DNA of 27,750 nucleotides from an uncultured bacterium (GTDB lineage: Bacteria; Hydrogenedentota; Hydrogenedentia; Hydrogenedentales; JAEUWI01): positions 1-27,750 of the forward strand of contig CAXBPH010000073.1 in assembly GCA_963977445.1 (NCBI GenBank), read 5' to 3'. Both the position numbers and the translations under genes were made by a program. Shown in pieces: positions 17,709 through 27,750 of this stretch (positions are counted from its first letter, which is position 1; each line of letters opens with the position of its first letter). The notes under the pieces are model-generated. The model was given only the letters and a program-made list of their open reading frames with translations. It did no database searches and was not told the origin of the DNA.

Positions 17709-20450
17709 TCAGGGTGCCAGCGGCGGTGCGGGTGCGGTGAAGTGGTAGGTCCCTGAACCCAGGGTACAGGCCACCCGTCCTCCCACGACTTGCACTTCGC
17801 TGGCCAGGGGGCTTTCCGTCAGTGGCGCGTCTTCCAGCATCACGACCGCCGGATCGGTGGCGGTGAGCATGATGGTTGCGGTTGTGTTTGGCGGAATGGT
17901 GACGGTGTAGGTGGCGATTTCGCCTTCGCGCTTCCAGTTGGATTCGATGCGGCCATAGAGTGTTTCGCGCGCGCCGTTCACCTGGCTGAGGTCGCCGACG
18001 AGGGCAGGCCGAATGAGGAAGTGCTGAAAGCCCGGTTTCGCCGGGTCGGGCTGGATGCCTGCCAAGCCCTGGACGAACCACATGCCCACGGAAATCAGGG
18101 TGTCGTGGATTTGTGAGTTGTCGCCGTTCCACTCTTCCCAGATGGTCGTGGCGCCGTTGTCCAACATGAAGCCCCAGCTTGGATAGGTCCGCTTCGAGGC
18201 GATGGTGTAGATGAGATCGTTGTGATCCTGGTCCGTCAAATAACGGGTCATGAAGTAGGTGCCGTGCATGCCCGTGTTGAGGTGGCCCTTTTGCTTCACA
18301 AGAATGGCATCGCGCAAGGCGTCCATCACTGCACCGCGCTTGTCTTCGGGGGTTACGCCGAAAAGGAGAGGCATGGCGAGATAGGGCTGTTCCCCATTGA
18401 CGTAAGTTGCGCCGTCCGGATTCAGGAAGCGGGCGTGTACCCGTGCGGCGAGGGCCTCGGCTTGCGCGGTGTAGCTTGCGGCTTCTTCTGTTTTTCCCAG
18501 CACCGTCGCGGTTTCGGCAGCGATCTGGAGGGCGTAGACGTAGAAGCAATTGTTGAAGAAAAGGGTGGAGTTATCGTCGACCCGGGTGCCTGCGCCCTGG
18601 CCGCGGTTGGGTGCGACCCAGTCGCCAAGAAAGGACCATTCCATATCGCCATAGCCCACACCGACATAGGGTGCGAGGATGCCATCCTGTTCTTTGGTTT
18701 GAACGAAGGCCAGCCAGCGTCGCATGGTGGGATAGGATTGCTCCAGCACGCGCTGGTCACCGTACTGCAGATAGACCTGCCAGGGCATGGTCACACAGAT
18801 GCCGCTCCAGGCGGGCCCACCACCGGCCGTTTGGGGACTGGGCGCCGTGTAGGGCAGGTCGCCGTCGGCAATCTGGCTATCCCGCCAGTCATAGAGCCAC
18901 TTGCTGTACAAGGGGGCCGTCTGGAAGTTGGTCATGCCCATTTCCATGGAGGTGCCCGAGTCGCCGCCGTATCCGAGGCGCTCGCGGTTTGGGCAGTCGA
19001 CCACATAGCTGCCCAGGGTCAGACAACGATAGGTCCAGTTCGCGGTGGTGTAGATTTGATTCAAGAGCTCATCGGAGCTCGTAAACTCCGAGGCCGGGGC
19101 GTAGTCGGTAGATATCCAGTGACCCGTTATATCTTCGGGACGGGGGGCGCTTTCCAGGCCCTTGACATGGACCCAGCGAAAGGCGTGGTAATTGAAGCGG
19201 GATTGAAAGGCCTGGGCTGTGGGGCCGTTGAAAACGTATTCGTCGTATTGGTTGTTGGTCTGGAGCGCGCCGTTGCTCAGGATCTTGTCGCCGTATTCGA
19301 ATCGCAGCTCCGCGCCTTCGTCTCCCCCTTCGGGAAAGCGGTATTCCATCCAGCCGGTGAAATTCTTACCCATATCCACCAGCCAGGTGCCGTCGTCTTG
19401 CTGCTGGACCGATTGCGCCGGTATATCGCCGAGGATGCGATTGGGCTCGGAGATTTGGGCCGCGATCACGGGCGTGGACGGCGTATAGATCACCGCATTA
19501 CCCCAACTGCCCTCGTCCAACGTGGGGCCCGCCCAATCGGCGCGTTCCAGCCGACTGTCGTAGCGTTCGCCGCCATAGTGATGGCTCTGCGATGGTCCCA
19601 GTGGCGTGATGGGGCTCGGGTGCGTTTTCCAACTGGTGTCGGTGCTCAGGAACAACGGCGTGGCGCTTTCCAATCCAATCTCAAACTGGGCCTTCACCAG
19701 GGGGCCATTCGTCGAGACCCGATCCAACATGGGTCTTGACCAACCCCGACCGAGCCAGAGTGCGATGGTATTGTCGCCTTCATGGAGATAGCCGCTGATA
19801 TCATGGGTAAGATACAGTCCGCGCTTGGCATAATCCGTCACGGCAGGCATCAACACATGGTCATCCACTTTTTTGCCGTTCACATAGAGCTCGTAATAGC
19901 CCAGAGCGCAGACATAGGCCATGGCCTTATCGGGCGCGGTGGCCAGAGAGAAAGACTTTCGCAGCCAGGGCAGTGGTCCGGCGTTGTCTGCCATCCAATC
20001 CACACCAATCCACGCACCCGACCAGTCATCCGCTGACAACAGGCCCATGGTCCAGCGGGCCGCCTCACTCCATTCGCTCGGCTGATCCAACTGGTTCCAG
20101 ATACGGACCTTCCAGTAGCAAAACTGACGGGAAGCAAGGGGGGTGCCCCCGTACTCGACGTGTACGGACTGATCGCTCTCGACTTTGCCACTGTCCCAGA
20201 GGTCGCCCTGATCGTTGTTTAATAGATCCTGGGACGAGGCAACGAGAACGTGGTAAGCGCGCTGCGTCACGCCCCGACCATCGCTCTGCAGTTTCCAGCT
20301 CAGGCGCGGCATTGCGGCATCAATCCCGAGGGGATTCTGGCGATATTCACACCGTAAATCGGTCCCCTCCAGGGCAGCGGCAGGGGCATGAAAAAGGGAA
20401 GTCGCGCAAAAAAGCAGGGCGAACACGACGGTGGTGAATTTGAGATACAT
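17709..20450 (-). CDS. Secreted alpha-L-rhamnosidase, glycoside hydrolase family 78
   Basis: Signal peptide; LRCEYRQNPLGID, WDSGKVES, LGYYELYVNG, DMGKNFTGW, DCPNRERLGYGGD, GATTIWEEW. Start moved to ATG 20450 (about 913 aa). Confidence 0.92.
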   Translation of the reverse strand: MYLKFTTVVFALLFCATSLFHAPAAALEGTDLRCEYRQNPLGIDAAMPRLSWKLQSDGRGVTQRAYHVLVASSQDLLNNDQGDLWDSGKVESDQSVHVEYGGTPLASRQFCYWKVRIWNQLDQPSEWSEAARWTMGLLSADDWSGAWIGVDWMADNAGPLPWLRKSFSLATAPDKAMAYVCALGYYELYVNGKKVDDHVLMPAVTDYAKRGLYLTHDISGYLHEGDNTIALWLGRGWSRPMLDRVSTNGPLVKAQFEIGLESATPLFLSTDTSWKTHPSPITPLGPSQSHHYGGERYDSRLERADWAGPTLDEGSWGNAVIYTPSTPVIAAQISEPNRILGDIPAQSVQQQDDGTWLVDMGKNFTGWMEYRFPEGGDEGAELRFEYGDKILSNGALQTNNQYDEYVFNGPTAQAFQSRFNYHAFRWVHVKGLESAPRPEDITGHWISTDYAPASEFTSSDELLNQIYTTANWTYRCLTLGSYVVDCPNRERLGYGGDSGTSMEMGMTNFQTAPLYSKWLYDWRDSQIADGDLPYTAPSPQTAGGGPAWSGICVTMPWQVYLQYGDQRVLEQSYPTMRRWLAFVQTKEQDGILAPYVGVGYGDMEWSFLGDWVAPNRGQGAGTRVDDNSTLFFNNCFYVYALQIAAETATVLGKTEEAASYTAQAEALAARVHARFLNPDGATYVNGEQPYLAMPLLFGVTPEDKRGAVMDALRDAILVKQKGHLNTGMHGTYFMTRYLTDQDHNDLIYTIASKRTYPSWGFMLDNGATTIWEEWNGDNSQIHDTLISVGMWFVQGLAGIQPDPAKPGFQHFLIRPALVGDLSQVNGARETLYGRIESNWKREGEIATYTVTIPPNTTATIMLTATDPAVVMLEDAPLTESPLASEVQVVGGRVACTLGSGTYHFTAPAPPLAP

Positions 20451-20746
20451 GGTACTTCTCTCTGGGCAGTAGTTGGTGTCTTCCAGCGTGCGAATGCCGC
20501 TCGGATCGGAAGCGTTAATCATAGGCCCAGACCGCATGTTGTGTCCAGTTTTTGGAGCACCTTCGCCTGCCCTGTGCGTTATCTTAACGCAAGGTGAAGC
20601 ATAGAACGAATCATATAAGGGCAGTGTATTTGGGTGCGCCAGAACCGCAGGTCTTGTCCGTCGCGGCAGGCTATGCTGCGCTGGCCGTCCGTCGGCGAAT
20701 GGCGGCACTATTCGAGGGGAGTCCATGGTAGATGTATACGAATTCG

Positions 20747-20841
20747 GCAAGCGGAGCTTGCAGGACTGCATTACCAAGCGGAGCTTGGGAACGAGGGAGA
20801 ACTTGCCATCCCCTTTTGTGTTCTCTGCGTTCTTTGTGGTT
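20747..20841. repeat. REP-like doublet plus a half hairpin-unit repeat
   Basis: gcaagcggagcttgc...cattaccaagcggagcttgggaacgag resembles 14681-14729; ttttgtgttctctgcgttctttgtggtt resembles the arms at 15542-16506. Confidence 0.7.
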
Positions 20842-20873
20842 AATACAGGGCGCATTCGTGGGTGAAGGGCACC

Positions 20874-21887
20874 CTATTCGGCTGGCAACCACTGGATGCC
20901 GATGATACGGTGCTCTACCAGACCCGTGGAGGGCTCCAGCGATCCGGGTTTCTTACCGGCGAAGGCGTCGGTCGTCAGCGTCCACACCACCTCCTTCTCC
21001 TCGTTCACCTCAAAAAGCTGGACGTGGTTTTGTCCCGCTTCCTTATAGTGCCAGTCGGAGTTGGCGATAAGGGTGTTGCCATTGGCGAAACGGTGGAAAC
21101 CCCCAACGATATTGACGTTGAAATCGCTAATCTCTTCGGCCTTCAGTTCCCACACCACCGTGTGGTCGGGTGCGGCCTCGATGAGACCGCCCCGCCAACT
21201 CATAAGGGTGTTGCCATTCGCCAGGCGCTCCGCCACGATGGGTAGATCGGGCACCGGGTGACGCCATCGTTCTCCCCCCGCTTCGTCCACCTCGACAAAG
21301 GCCTTATCGTGCCGCAGGGCCAAGAGGTAGGTGCCTTGGGGCGTGCGACGCAGCAGGTTATAGCGATCATGCTCTTTCGCTTCGGGGGGGGTGGGGACGC
21401 TGATGCGCTTTACTTCGGTGCGGCCCTGGTCGGTAATGTGGACCAGTTCCATGGGCGTGGCGTCTTCCGTCATGACGTCACCATTGGGCAGGGGCACGCA
21501 GGATTTGATTTCGCTGGGTGCCGCCACCCGATACTCCCAGAGCAACGCACCTTTCTCATCCAACTCCCGTACATAGCGGTGGGACGAACAAAGATAGTTT
21601 CCCGAGGGGAGCTTCCAGCCGTCATAGACCATGTCGTCCCATTCCACGGGCCCGGGCTTGCCGTCGACGACCTCCGTGACGAAGGAGCCAAACTCCATGG
21701 TGCCATCGCGGCCAAAGACACTGATGCCCTCCGCCGAGGCAATAAACACAGAACCCGATTCCAGCGCGGGGGTGGGTACCTTCGGCGCTTGCTCCTCAGC
21801 GGTCATCATCCTCGGCGTGAGAACCAGGGCCAGAAGCAGGGCCAAGCCCCGCAACAAAATCTTCGACGAAGGGGTGTAATACATCAC
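20874..21887 (-). CDS. Secreted beta-propeller repeat protein
   Basis: Signal peptide; repeated LP/ANGNTL and E-x-D/N-x-x-G/K-x-x-x-W blade motifs; AGGAG RBS. Confidence 0.8.
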   Translation of the reverse strand: MMYYTPSSKILLRGLALLLALVLTPRMMTAEEQAPKVPTPALESGSVFIASAEGISVFGRDGTMEFGSFVTEVVDGKPGPVEWDDMVYDGWKLPSGNYLCSSHRYVRELDEKGALLWEYRVAAPSEIKSCVPLPNGDVMTEDATPMELVHITDQGRTEVKRISVPTPPEAKEHDRYNLLRRTPQGTYLLALRHDKAFVEVDEAGGERWRHPVPDLPIVAERLANGNTLMSWRGGLIEAAPDHTVVWELKAEEISDFNVNIVGGFHRFANGNTLIANSDWHYKEAGQNHVQLFEVNEEKEVVWTLTTDAFAGKKPGSLEPSTGLVEHRIIGIQWLPAE

Positions 21888-22068
21888 GGAGTTGCTCCTG
21901 CATGGTTGGGTTCTTTGGAATTACTCTACAAGGGCGCTGGCGACAAACACAATGGGGCGGTGTTGTGTCTGGCCCATCGCGACCATCGCTGGAACTTGCG
22001 TACCTGGTGGGCACCATACATAATAGTCCTTACGCAGGTGCCATCAAGGTCACCTTGGAGGAAGATGT

Positions 22069-22986
22069 ATGAATGTTTCCCTGAAACGACACACCCTGTT
22101 GGTGCTTTTTCTTGTGCTGGGTATGTGCAACAGCTATGCCGGTATTGAGACGCTCGTCGTCCCCTATAGGGCCACGGAGGATGTGGTCTATGGACAAAAA
22201 GAAGGCATGGGCCTGACTTTCGATGTGCTACAGCCAACGGAAAAGGGCAATGGGAAGGGCATTGTCCTGGTATCCAGTGGCGGCTGGAATTCGAGCAAGT
22301 CTAACCTCATGGACGATGTGGAAGAGAAGCGCAAGGATCACTGGGGTATGGGCCTCCTCCACAACGGCTTTACCGTCTTTGTGGTACGTCATGGCAGTGG
22401 CCCCCGATTCTTCGTGCCCGAGATGGTGGAAGATATCCGTCGTTCCGTGCGCTTTGTGCGCCTTCATGCGGCGGACTATGGCATCGACCCCGATCATATC
22501 GGTATCACCAGCGGCTCCTCTGGCGGTCATCTTTCCCTCATGGTCGGCATGACGGGTGATGACGGAAATCCCGATGCGAAAGATCCCGTAGAGCGGGTGA
22601 GCAGCCGCATTCAGGCGATCGTTTCCTGGTTTCCCCCCACCGACCTGATCAATTGGGGCGAAAAAGACGGCTACAAAACCATAGAACAGTTCCGACCGGG
22701 CATGTTTACGGGCATGTTTGGCACGATCACCGACCTGACGAAACAACTGGAATCCATTTCACCGATTTACTTCACCACCCCCGATGATCCCCCCCTGCTG
22801 CTTATCCATGGTGACAGCGATCGCACGGTTCCCCTGCAGCAATCGGAAATCCTGAAGGCGAAATACGAGGAAGTGGGACTCCCCGTCAAACTTATCGTCG
22901 CCCCGGGCGGTGGTCACACCTATTGGGATGGTATCGAAGACCGCTATGTCGATGTGGGCGATTGGTTTACGACTTACTTGAAGTAA
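22069..22986 (+). CDS. Secreted alpha/beta hydrolase (esterase/lipase, BD-FAE-like)
   Basis: GGAGG RBS; oxyanion SGGW; nucleophile elbow GSSGGH; IHGDSDRTVP; GGGH. Confidence 0.9.
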   Translation: MNVSLKRHTLLVLFLVLGMCNSYAGIETLVVPYRATEDVVYGQKEGMGLTFDVLQPTEKGNGKGIVLVSSGGWNSSKSNLMDDVEEKRKDHWGMGLLHNGFTVFVVRHGSGPRFFVPEMVEDIRRSVRFVRLHAADYGIDPDHIGITSGSSGGHLSLMVGMTGDDGNPDAKDPVERVSSRIQAIVSWFPPTDLINWGEKDGYKTIEQFRPGMFTGMFGTITDLTKQLESISPIYFTTPDDPPLLLIHGDSDRTVPLQQSEILKAKYEEVGLPVKLIVAPGGGHTYWDGIEDRYVDVGDWFTTYLK

Positions 22987-23058
22987 CTGCCGTTGGGACG
23001 CAGCGTCGAGCATATTGATTCGACCCGTGGTAATTTCCGGATAAGGCACGTAGTCGTA

Positions 23059-23385
23059 CTACTCCGAAAGCAGACGTCGCTGGAGCAATGCGGCCATGTT
23101 CCGTCGGCCATCTGCAACCAGATATACATAGACGGCCGGGCCCTCAACTTCATAGATGATTCGATAGGGCTTGAAGAACGTTTCTCGAAAGCCGCTCACC
23201 CCGCTCTCCTTGAATTCCATGGGGCACACGCCCCGCTCAGGGAATTCACGAAGACCATGGATGACATTTTCTATGTTTTCGTAGACATAGTCTGCCGCTT
23301 CGGGAGAATCGTTCGCCGCAATGTAGTCGTAGATATCGATCAGGTCCCGCTGCGCCATCCCCGTGATGAAGACTTCATGGGTCAT
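23059..23385 (-). CDS. Type II toxin, RelE/ParE family
   Basis: AQRDLIDIYDYIA, LREFPERG, YRIIYEV, DGRRN; start overlaps the antitoxin stop (ATGA). Confidence 0.92.
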   Translation of the reverse strand: MTHEVFITGMAQRDLIDIYDYIAANDSPEAADYVYENIENVIHGLREFPERGVCPMEFKESGVSGFRETFFKPYRIIYEVEGPAVYVYLVADGRRNMAALLQRRLLSE

Positions 23386-23660
23386 TCGTCTTTATTTCGC
23401 CGGGCACGCATGGTCGCAAAGAACGCATCCGCAGGGACCAACCTGCCTTCTTCCACTTCTTTTCTCCCCATGGCGACAATCTTCAGGAGGGCCAGGGTCT
23501 CCTGGGTACGTTCATATTCCATGAGACTCTGCATGATAACCTTGGCCTCGCCATTCTGGGTTATCACTATGGGCTCTCCATCCTTGCCAAGTTCGCGGAC
23601 AATTTCCGCCGCGTGAGCCTTGAGATAGCTGATGGGCTTAATTTGAGTAGATAATCGCAA
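23382..23660 (-). CDS. Type II antitoxin, Phd/YefM family
   Basis: IKPISYLKAHAAEI...PIVITQNGEAK; probable TTG start at 23660 after an AAGGA RBS. Confidence 0.92.
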   Translation of the reverse strand: MRLSTQIKPISYLKAHAAEIVRELGKDGEPIVITQNGEAKVIMQSLMEYERTQETLALLKIVAMGRKEVEEGRLVPADAFFATMRARRNKDE

Positions 23661-23682
23661 AATAGTTCCTTTCTTCTTACAA

Positions 23683-23696
23683 GACTGAATATAGTC
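23683..23696. promoter_or_regulatory. Putative toxin-antitoxin autoregulatory operator
   Basis: Imperfect palindrome GACTgaatatAGTC immediately upstream of the antitoxin RBS. Confidence 0.45.
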
Positions 23697-23941
23697 CGAA
23701 AACAGGTCATCCGTCAAGAAGTTCTGTTAGATCTATCGGGTATTCACGGTTGCGGACAAGATTTCTGTGCATTCTGACGTTCCCTATGTCGAATTGTCCC
23801 CTTCCATAGCGGAAAGTCCGCTCCCAACAGGTATCCCCATGCCCACAAAGTGGGTCTTTCCCGGTATACTATCAGGCATACACGTATGGTGGACCAACCC
23901 GTGTCCCCCAGCTGAGTTTTTATGACCGTCCCAGGAAGCCC

Positions 23942-25558
23942 ATGAGCCAACTCTCACAGATAGTGCTGAACGCCCAAAATGGTGACACCAATGCCTTTAA
24001 TGCATTGGTCGCTCGCTTTGGTGGCGCGGCCCATGAGCGTGCTTTTTCGTGGCTGGGTGACCACCATCGGGCAGAAGAAGTGGTGCAAGAGGCCTTCCTG
24101 GAAGCGGCGCTCAAGATTCACCAGCTCCAGTCCCCCCTCGCCTTTTCTTCCTGGTTCAAGCGGATTCTGGTAAAGCAGTGTGACCGGGTTACGCGCAAAA
24201 AGTCCCTACCCACGGTGGAGTTGTTTCACGGGACCGATGTCGCCAATAGCCAGGAAACGCCCGCTACCTTGCTGGACGCCAAGGTATCGCAAGGCCAGTT
24301 GCAGCAGGCACTTCAGAAGCTCACGACTGCCCAGCGCGCCCTGATTCATGCGGCCTATTGGGAAAACACGCCCCAACGAGAAATCGCCAAAAACCTGGGC
24401 GTACCGCTCACAACCGTCAAAAAACGACTCTATGGTGCTCGGCAAAAGCTGGCCCAACTGGTTACGGCGCTCCAGACACCCGACGAGACCTCTACCGCAG
24501 AGCACACCGCATTTTCGACCGAGACACAGATTTTTATGGCCGCGTGGCACGGCCAGCGGTCCAAAGTGCATGCCTTGCTGAATGCCCAGCCGGAACTCCT
24601 CCAGGCGCGGAACAGCGAAGGCCTTTCGCTCTTACTCTTTGCCGCCCATGCGGCCCATTACAGCCGACAGGATGAAATCACCACCGCCCTGCTGAATGCG
24701 GGTGCCTTGCCCGACTATTTTGCTGCCGCCGCACTTGGGCACACCAATACGGTCTTACGTGCCTTGCTGGCCACGGCCGTCGACACCGTTGGGCCCTGGC
24801 AGCGGACGGCGCTCCATTGGGCCATCTGTGGGGGCCACGCTACCCTGGTAAGTGCGCTCCTCGACCGGGGTGCCGACCCGAACTGCACCGACCACTGGGG
24901 CTGCACGGCCGTTCATCTCGCGGTAGACTTTGGCCACGAGGCGCTCTTTGGCCTCTTGCTGGCCCGTGGCGGCGACCCACGGCGAATCATGAACAACGGC
25001 AAGAATCTGCTCCATCTGGCGGCCTGCAACGGCGACAACGGACTCATCGACCGGGTCCGACATGCGGGCCTTCCCCTGGATATTTTCACCGCGGCGGCCC
25101 TGGGCCACGTGGGGCTGGCCGACACGCTGCTCTGTCGGGACCCGTCGGTTATCGGCCAAAAACTCCGCATCGGCGCAACCCCCTTACAAATTGCCGCCGA
25201 ACGGGGTCACACGACCATGGCCCAATACCTGCTTGAGCGGGGCGCCACCCTCGACCCCATCAGCGCGATAGCCCTGAACGATGAGACGGCACTCTTTGAA
25301 TTGCTGGAGCGTCAACCCCGGGCCATCGATCGCAATGCGGGTTCCTTTGGCTTTACCCCACTCCACGCCGCCTCTGTCCGCGGGCGGGATGACCTCGTCC
25401 AACAATTATTGTTTCATGGCGCGGATGTAAATCGCAGTGACCGCATGTTTCGCAAAACCCCCATGGAGGAGGCCCTGTTTTTCGGAAAAGAAAGCGCGGC
25501 CCGGCTCCTCTTCCGCCACGGTGGCCGTCTCGCGGGCCCGATTATCTTACCCCGCTGA
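23942..25558 (+). CDS. ECF sigma-70 factor with C-terminal ankyrin-repeat extension
   Basis: Sigma2 region (AQNGDTNAFNALV, AEEVVQEAFL, FSSWFKRI); sigma4 region (EIAKNLGVPLTTVKKRLYGARQKL); ankyrin motifs TALHWA, GADPN, TAVHLA, TPLQIAA, TPLHAA, GADVN. Confidence 0.9.
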   Translation: MSQLSQIVLNAQNGDTNAFNALVARFGGAAHERAFSWLGDHHRAEEVVQEAFLEAALKIHQLQSPLAFSSWFKRILVKQCDRVTRKKSLPTVELFHGTDVANSQETPATLLDAKVSQGQLQQALQKLTTAQRALIHAAYWENTPQREIAKNLGVPLTTVKKRLYGARQKLAQLVTALQTPDETSTAEHTAFSTETQIFMAAWHGQRSKVHALLNAQPELLQARNSEGLSLLLFAAHAAHYSRQDEITTALLNAGALPDYFAAAALGHTNTVLRALLATAVDTVGPWQRTALHWAICGGHATLVSALLDRGADPNCTDHWGCTAVHLAVDFGHEALFGLLLARGGDPRRIMNNGKNLLHLAACNGDNGLIDRVRHAGLPLDIFTAAALGHVGLADTLLCRDPSVIGQKLRIGATPLQIAAERGHTTMAQYLLERGATLDPISAIALNDETALFELLERQPRAIDRNAGSFGFTPLHAASVRGRDDLVQQLLFHGADVNRSDRMFRKTPMEEALFFGKESAARLLFRHGGRLAGPIILPR

Positions 25559-25793
25559 CGCCCTGACAGGCCGACTACAGTTGAAAACACATCATTTTGC
25601 CCCATAACGTACGAACAAAATAATCGATTCCACTTGATAGAAATCGCCGACAGGCACTATACTGCTTCGCCGGTAACCTTTTTGTCCCCGCTGCAGGTTT
25701 TCTATGCGGTCCCTCCGTTTTTTTTCGGGACCCTGCATGTCCAGATACTACAACGTTTTTCCAAACGAACCCATTAAAATAAGGAGAATATCC

Positions 25794-27254
25794 ATGGCTG
25801 TTGCAACAACAGATACCATCCCCGACATCGATCACGACCTGCCCTTTAAGGTCGCCGATATGAGCCTCGCCGACTGGGGCCGCAAAGAACTCGACATCGC
25901 CGAGATCGAAATGCCCGGCCTGGTCGCCATCCGCGATCGCTACGCCGCCGACAAGCCCCTCAAGGGTGCTGTTATCATGGGCTCCCTCCACATGACCATC
26001 CAGACGGCCGTGTTGATTGAAACCCTTGTGGCCCTTGGCGCCGAAGTGCGCTGGGCAAGCTGCAACATCTACTCCACCCAGGATCACGCCGCTGCCGCCA
26101 TCGCCAAGACCGGCGTGCCGGTTTTCGCCTGGAAGGGCGAGTCCCTGGAAGAATACTGGTGGTGCACCTACCAAGCCATGCTCTTTTCCGATGGCCGCAC
26201 GCTCAACATGATCGTGGACGACGGCGGTGACGCCACCCTCCTCATCCACCGCGGTTATGACTTCGAAGAGCACTTCACCGCCCACGGCACGCTCCCCGAA
26301 ATCTCCACGGACAACGAAGAAATTCGCGTCGTCGACACGCTCCTCCACAAGGTTCATGGTGAAGACCCGAACCGCTGGCACAAGACGATTGAAAACTGGA
26401 TCGGCGTTTCGGAAGAAACCACCACCGGTGTGCACCGTCTTTACCAGATGATGGAAAAGGGCGAACTTCGCACCCGCGCCATGAACGTGAACGACTCGGT
26501 CACCAAGTCCAAGTTCGACAACCTCTATGGCTGCCGCGAATCCCTCGCTGACGGCATCAAGCGCGCCACCGACGTCATGATCGCCGGTAAAGTCGTGGTA
26601 GTTGCTGGTTATGGCGACGTGGGTAAGGGTTGTGCCGACGCCATGAAGGGCCTCGGTGCCCGCGTTATGGTCACGGAAATTGACCCCATCTGCGCCTTGC
26701 AGGCGTGCATGGAAGGCTATGAAGTTCTTCCCATGGTTGACGCTGCACCCCAGGGTGACATCTTCGTCACCACGACGGGCTGCGCCGACGTCATCACCCT
26801 CGACAACATGAAGGCGATGAAGAACAACGCCATCGTCTGTAACATCGGTCACTTCGATTCCGAAATTCAGATCGCCGCCCTCGAGAACATGCCCGGCATC
26901 GTCGAAATGGAAATCAAGCCCCAGGTCGACATGTTCACCTTCCCCGACGGCAAGTCCATCATCGTGCTCGCCAAGGGCCGCCTGGTGAACCTGGGTTGTG
27001 CCACGGGCCACCCCTCCTTCGTCATGTCCAACTCCTTCGCCAACCAGACCCTGGCGCAGATTGCGCTCTTCACCGAGACCGAGAAATACGAAATCGGCAA
27101 GGTCTACACCCTGCCCAAGTTGCTCGACGAAGAAGTGGCCCGCCTCCACCTGGAGAAGCTCGGTGCCCGTCTCGACGTCCTCACCGACGCCCAGTCCAAG
27201 TACATGAGCATCCCCAAAGAAGGCCCCTACAAGCCCGAACACTACCGCTACTAG
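25794..27254 (+). CDS. ahcY: Adenosylhomocysteinase (SAH hydrolase)
   Basis: [71 protein letters not shown] end; AAGGAG RBS before ATG 25794. Confidence 0.98.
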   Translation: MAVATTDTIPDIDHDLPFKVADMSLADWGRKELDIAEIEMPGLVAIRDRYAADKPLKGAVIMGSLHMTIQTAVLIETLVALGAEVRWASCNIYSTQDHAAAAIAKTGVPVFAWKGESLEEYWWCTYQAMLFSDGRTLNMIVDDGGDATLLIHRGYDFEEHFTAHGTLPEISTDNEEIRVVDTLLHKVHGEDPNRWHKTIENWIGVSEETTTGVHRLYQMMEKGELRTRAMNVNDSVTKSKFDNLYGCRESLADGIKRATDVMIAGKVVVVAGYGDVGKGCADAMKGLGARVMVTEIDPICALQACMEGYEVLPMVDAAPQGDIFVTTTGCADVITLDNMKAMKNNAIVCNIGHFDSEIQIAALENMPGIVEMEIKPQVDMFTFPDGKSIIVLAKGRLVNLGCATGHPSFVMSNSFANQTLAQIALFTETEKYEIGKVYTLPKLLDEEVARLHLEKLGARLDVLTDAQSKYMSIPKEGPYKPEHYRY

Positions 27255-27289
27255 GCACTCGCTTAGTTTAGTTTAAATCGCTTGAATAC

Positions 27290-27323
27290 AACGCCCGGTG
27301 ACCCATGGTTGCCGGGCGTTTTT
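27290..27323 (+). terminator. Intrinsic terminator of ahcY
   Basis: aacgcccgg...ccgggcgtt followed by a T-run. Confidence 0.75.
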
Positions 27324-27750
27324 GGGGACTGCACCGACGTAGTAACCCATCCACTACCCACGTGTACCCCGTGATTGGCCTGCGTCGCTGACCCAACGGC
27401 ATTTACAATGACTTGGACGTCGGGGCCGTCCCCGGTGCGTCGGTACAGTCACCCATCCATTGCCCAAATGTACCCCGTGGTTGGCCCGCGTCGCTGACCC
27501 AACGGCATGTACGAGGACAGTCGGGGCCGTCCCCCTGAGGGCAGGTGACACTCAGGGGGACGGCCCCGACGTCCAAGTCATTGTCGCTCTCCGACGCTAC
27601 ACCGCTCGCCACCTGGAAAACTGCTTCTTGTCTCCGTCACTGCGTCGGTGCAGTCCCCGGTGCATCGGTACAGTCACCCATCCATTGCCCAAATGTACCC
27701 CGTGGTTGGCCTGCGTCGCTGACCCAACGGCATTTACAATGACAGTCGGG
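27324..27750. repeat. Mosaic REP/BIME-like repeat cluster with three 72-bp direct repeats; runs off the window end
   Basis: 72-nt unit at 27341-27412, 27447-27518 and 27672-27743, interleaved with inverted gggactgcaccgacg/cgtcggtgcagtccc and gggacggccccgac/gtcggggccgtccc motifs. Confidence 0.85.

Noticed and set aside
18222..19739. 505-aa plus-strand ORF
   Set aside because: Antisense shadow of the GH78 gene
20451..20855. 135-aa N-terminal extension of the GH78 ORF
   Set aside because: Reads through intergenic repeat sequence; the signal peptide starts at ATG 20450
25560..25793. Possible SAH riboswitch upstream of ahcY
   Set aside because: The conserved GAGGAGCG...CAGGCUC elements are not seen
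25575..27242. 555-aa minus-strand ORF
   Set aside because: Antisense shadow of ahcY
27341..27743. CRISPR array
   Set aside because: Repeats are too long (72 nt), spacers are repetitive and irregular, and there are no cas genes

Overview
GC-rich bacterial chromosomal window. Housekeeping genes: a fadN-type 3-hydroxyacyl-CoA dehydrogenase/enoyl-CoA hydratase with thiolase, thrS and ahcY. Accessory genes: acyltransferase-3, a PKD + EB_dh-like c-heme lipoprotein, a GxxExxY protein, a GH78 rhamnosidase, a secreted beta-propeller, an alpha/beta hydrolase, a Phd-ParE toxin-antitoxin pair and an ECF sigma factor fused to ankyrin repeats. The most striking locus is 4506-6153. Two paralogous small peptides with a shared acidic leader ending in double-glycine and Arg-rich cores lie directly upstream of a pentein-fold enzyme with intact agmatine deiminase/PAD-like catalytic motifs. 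This is a candidate RiPP system modifying guanidino groups, probably by citrullination. Downstream of thrS is a rearranged tract: a diverged second copy of the thrS 3' end, and three long hairpin units separating a GxxExxY gene and a GxxExxY fragment. Several intergenic regions carry nested palindromic REP/MITE-like elements. All calls come from reading motifs by eye; no searches were run.
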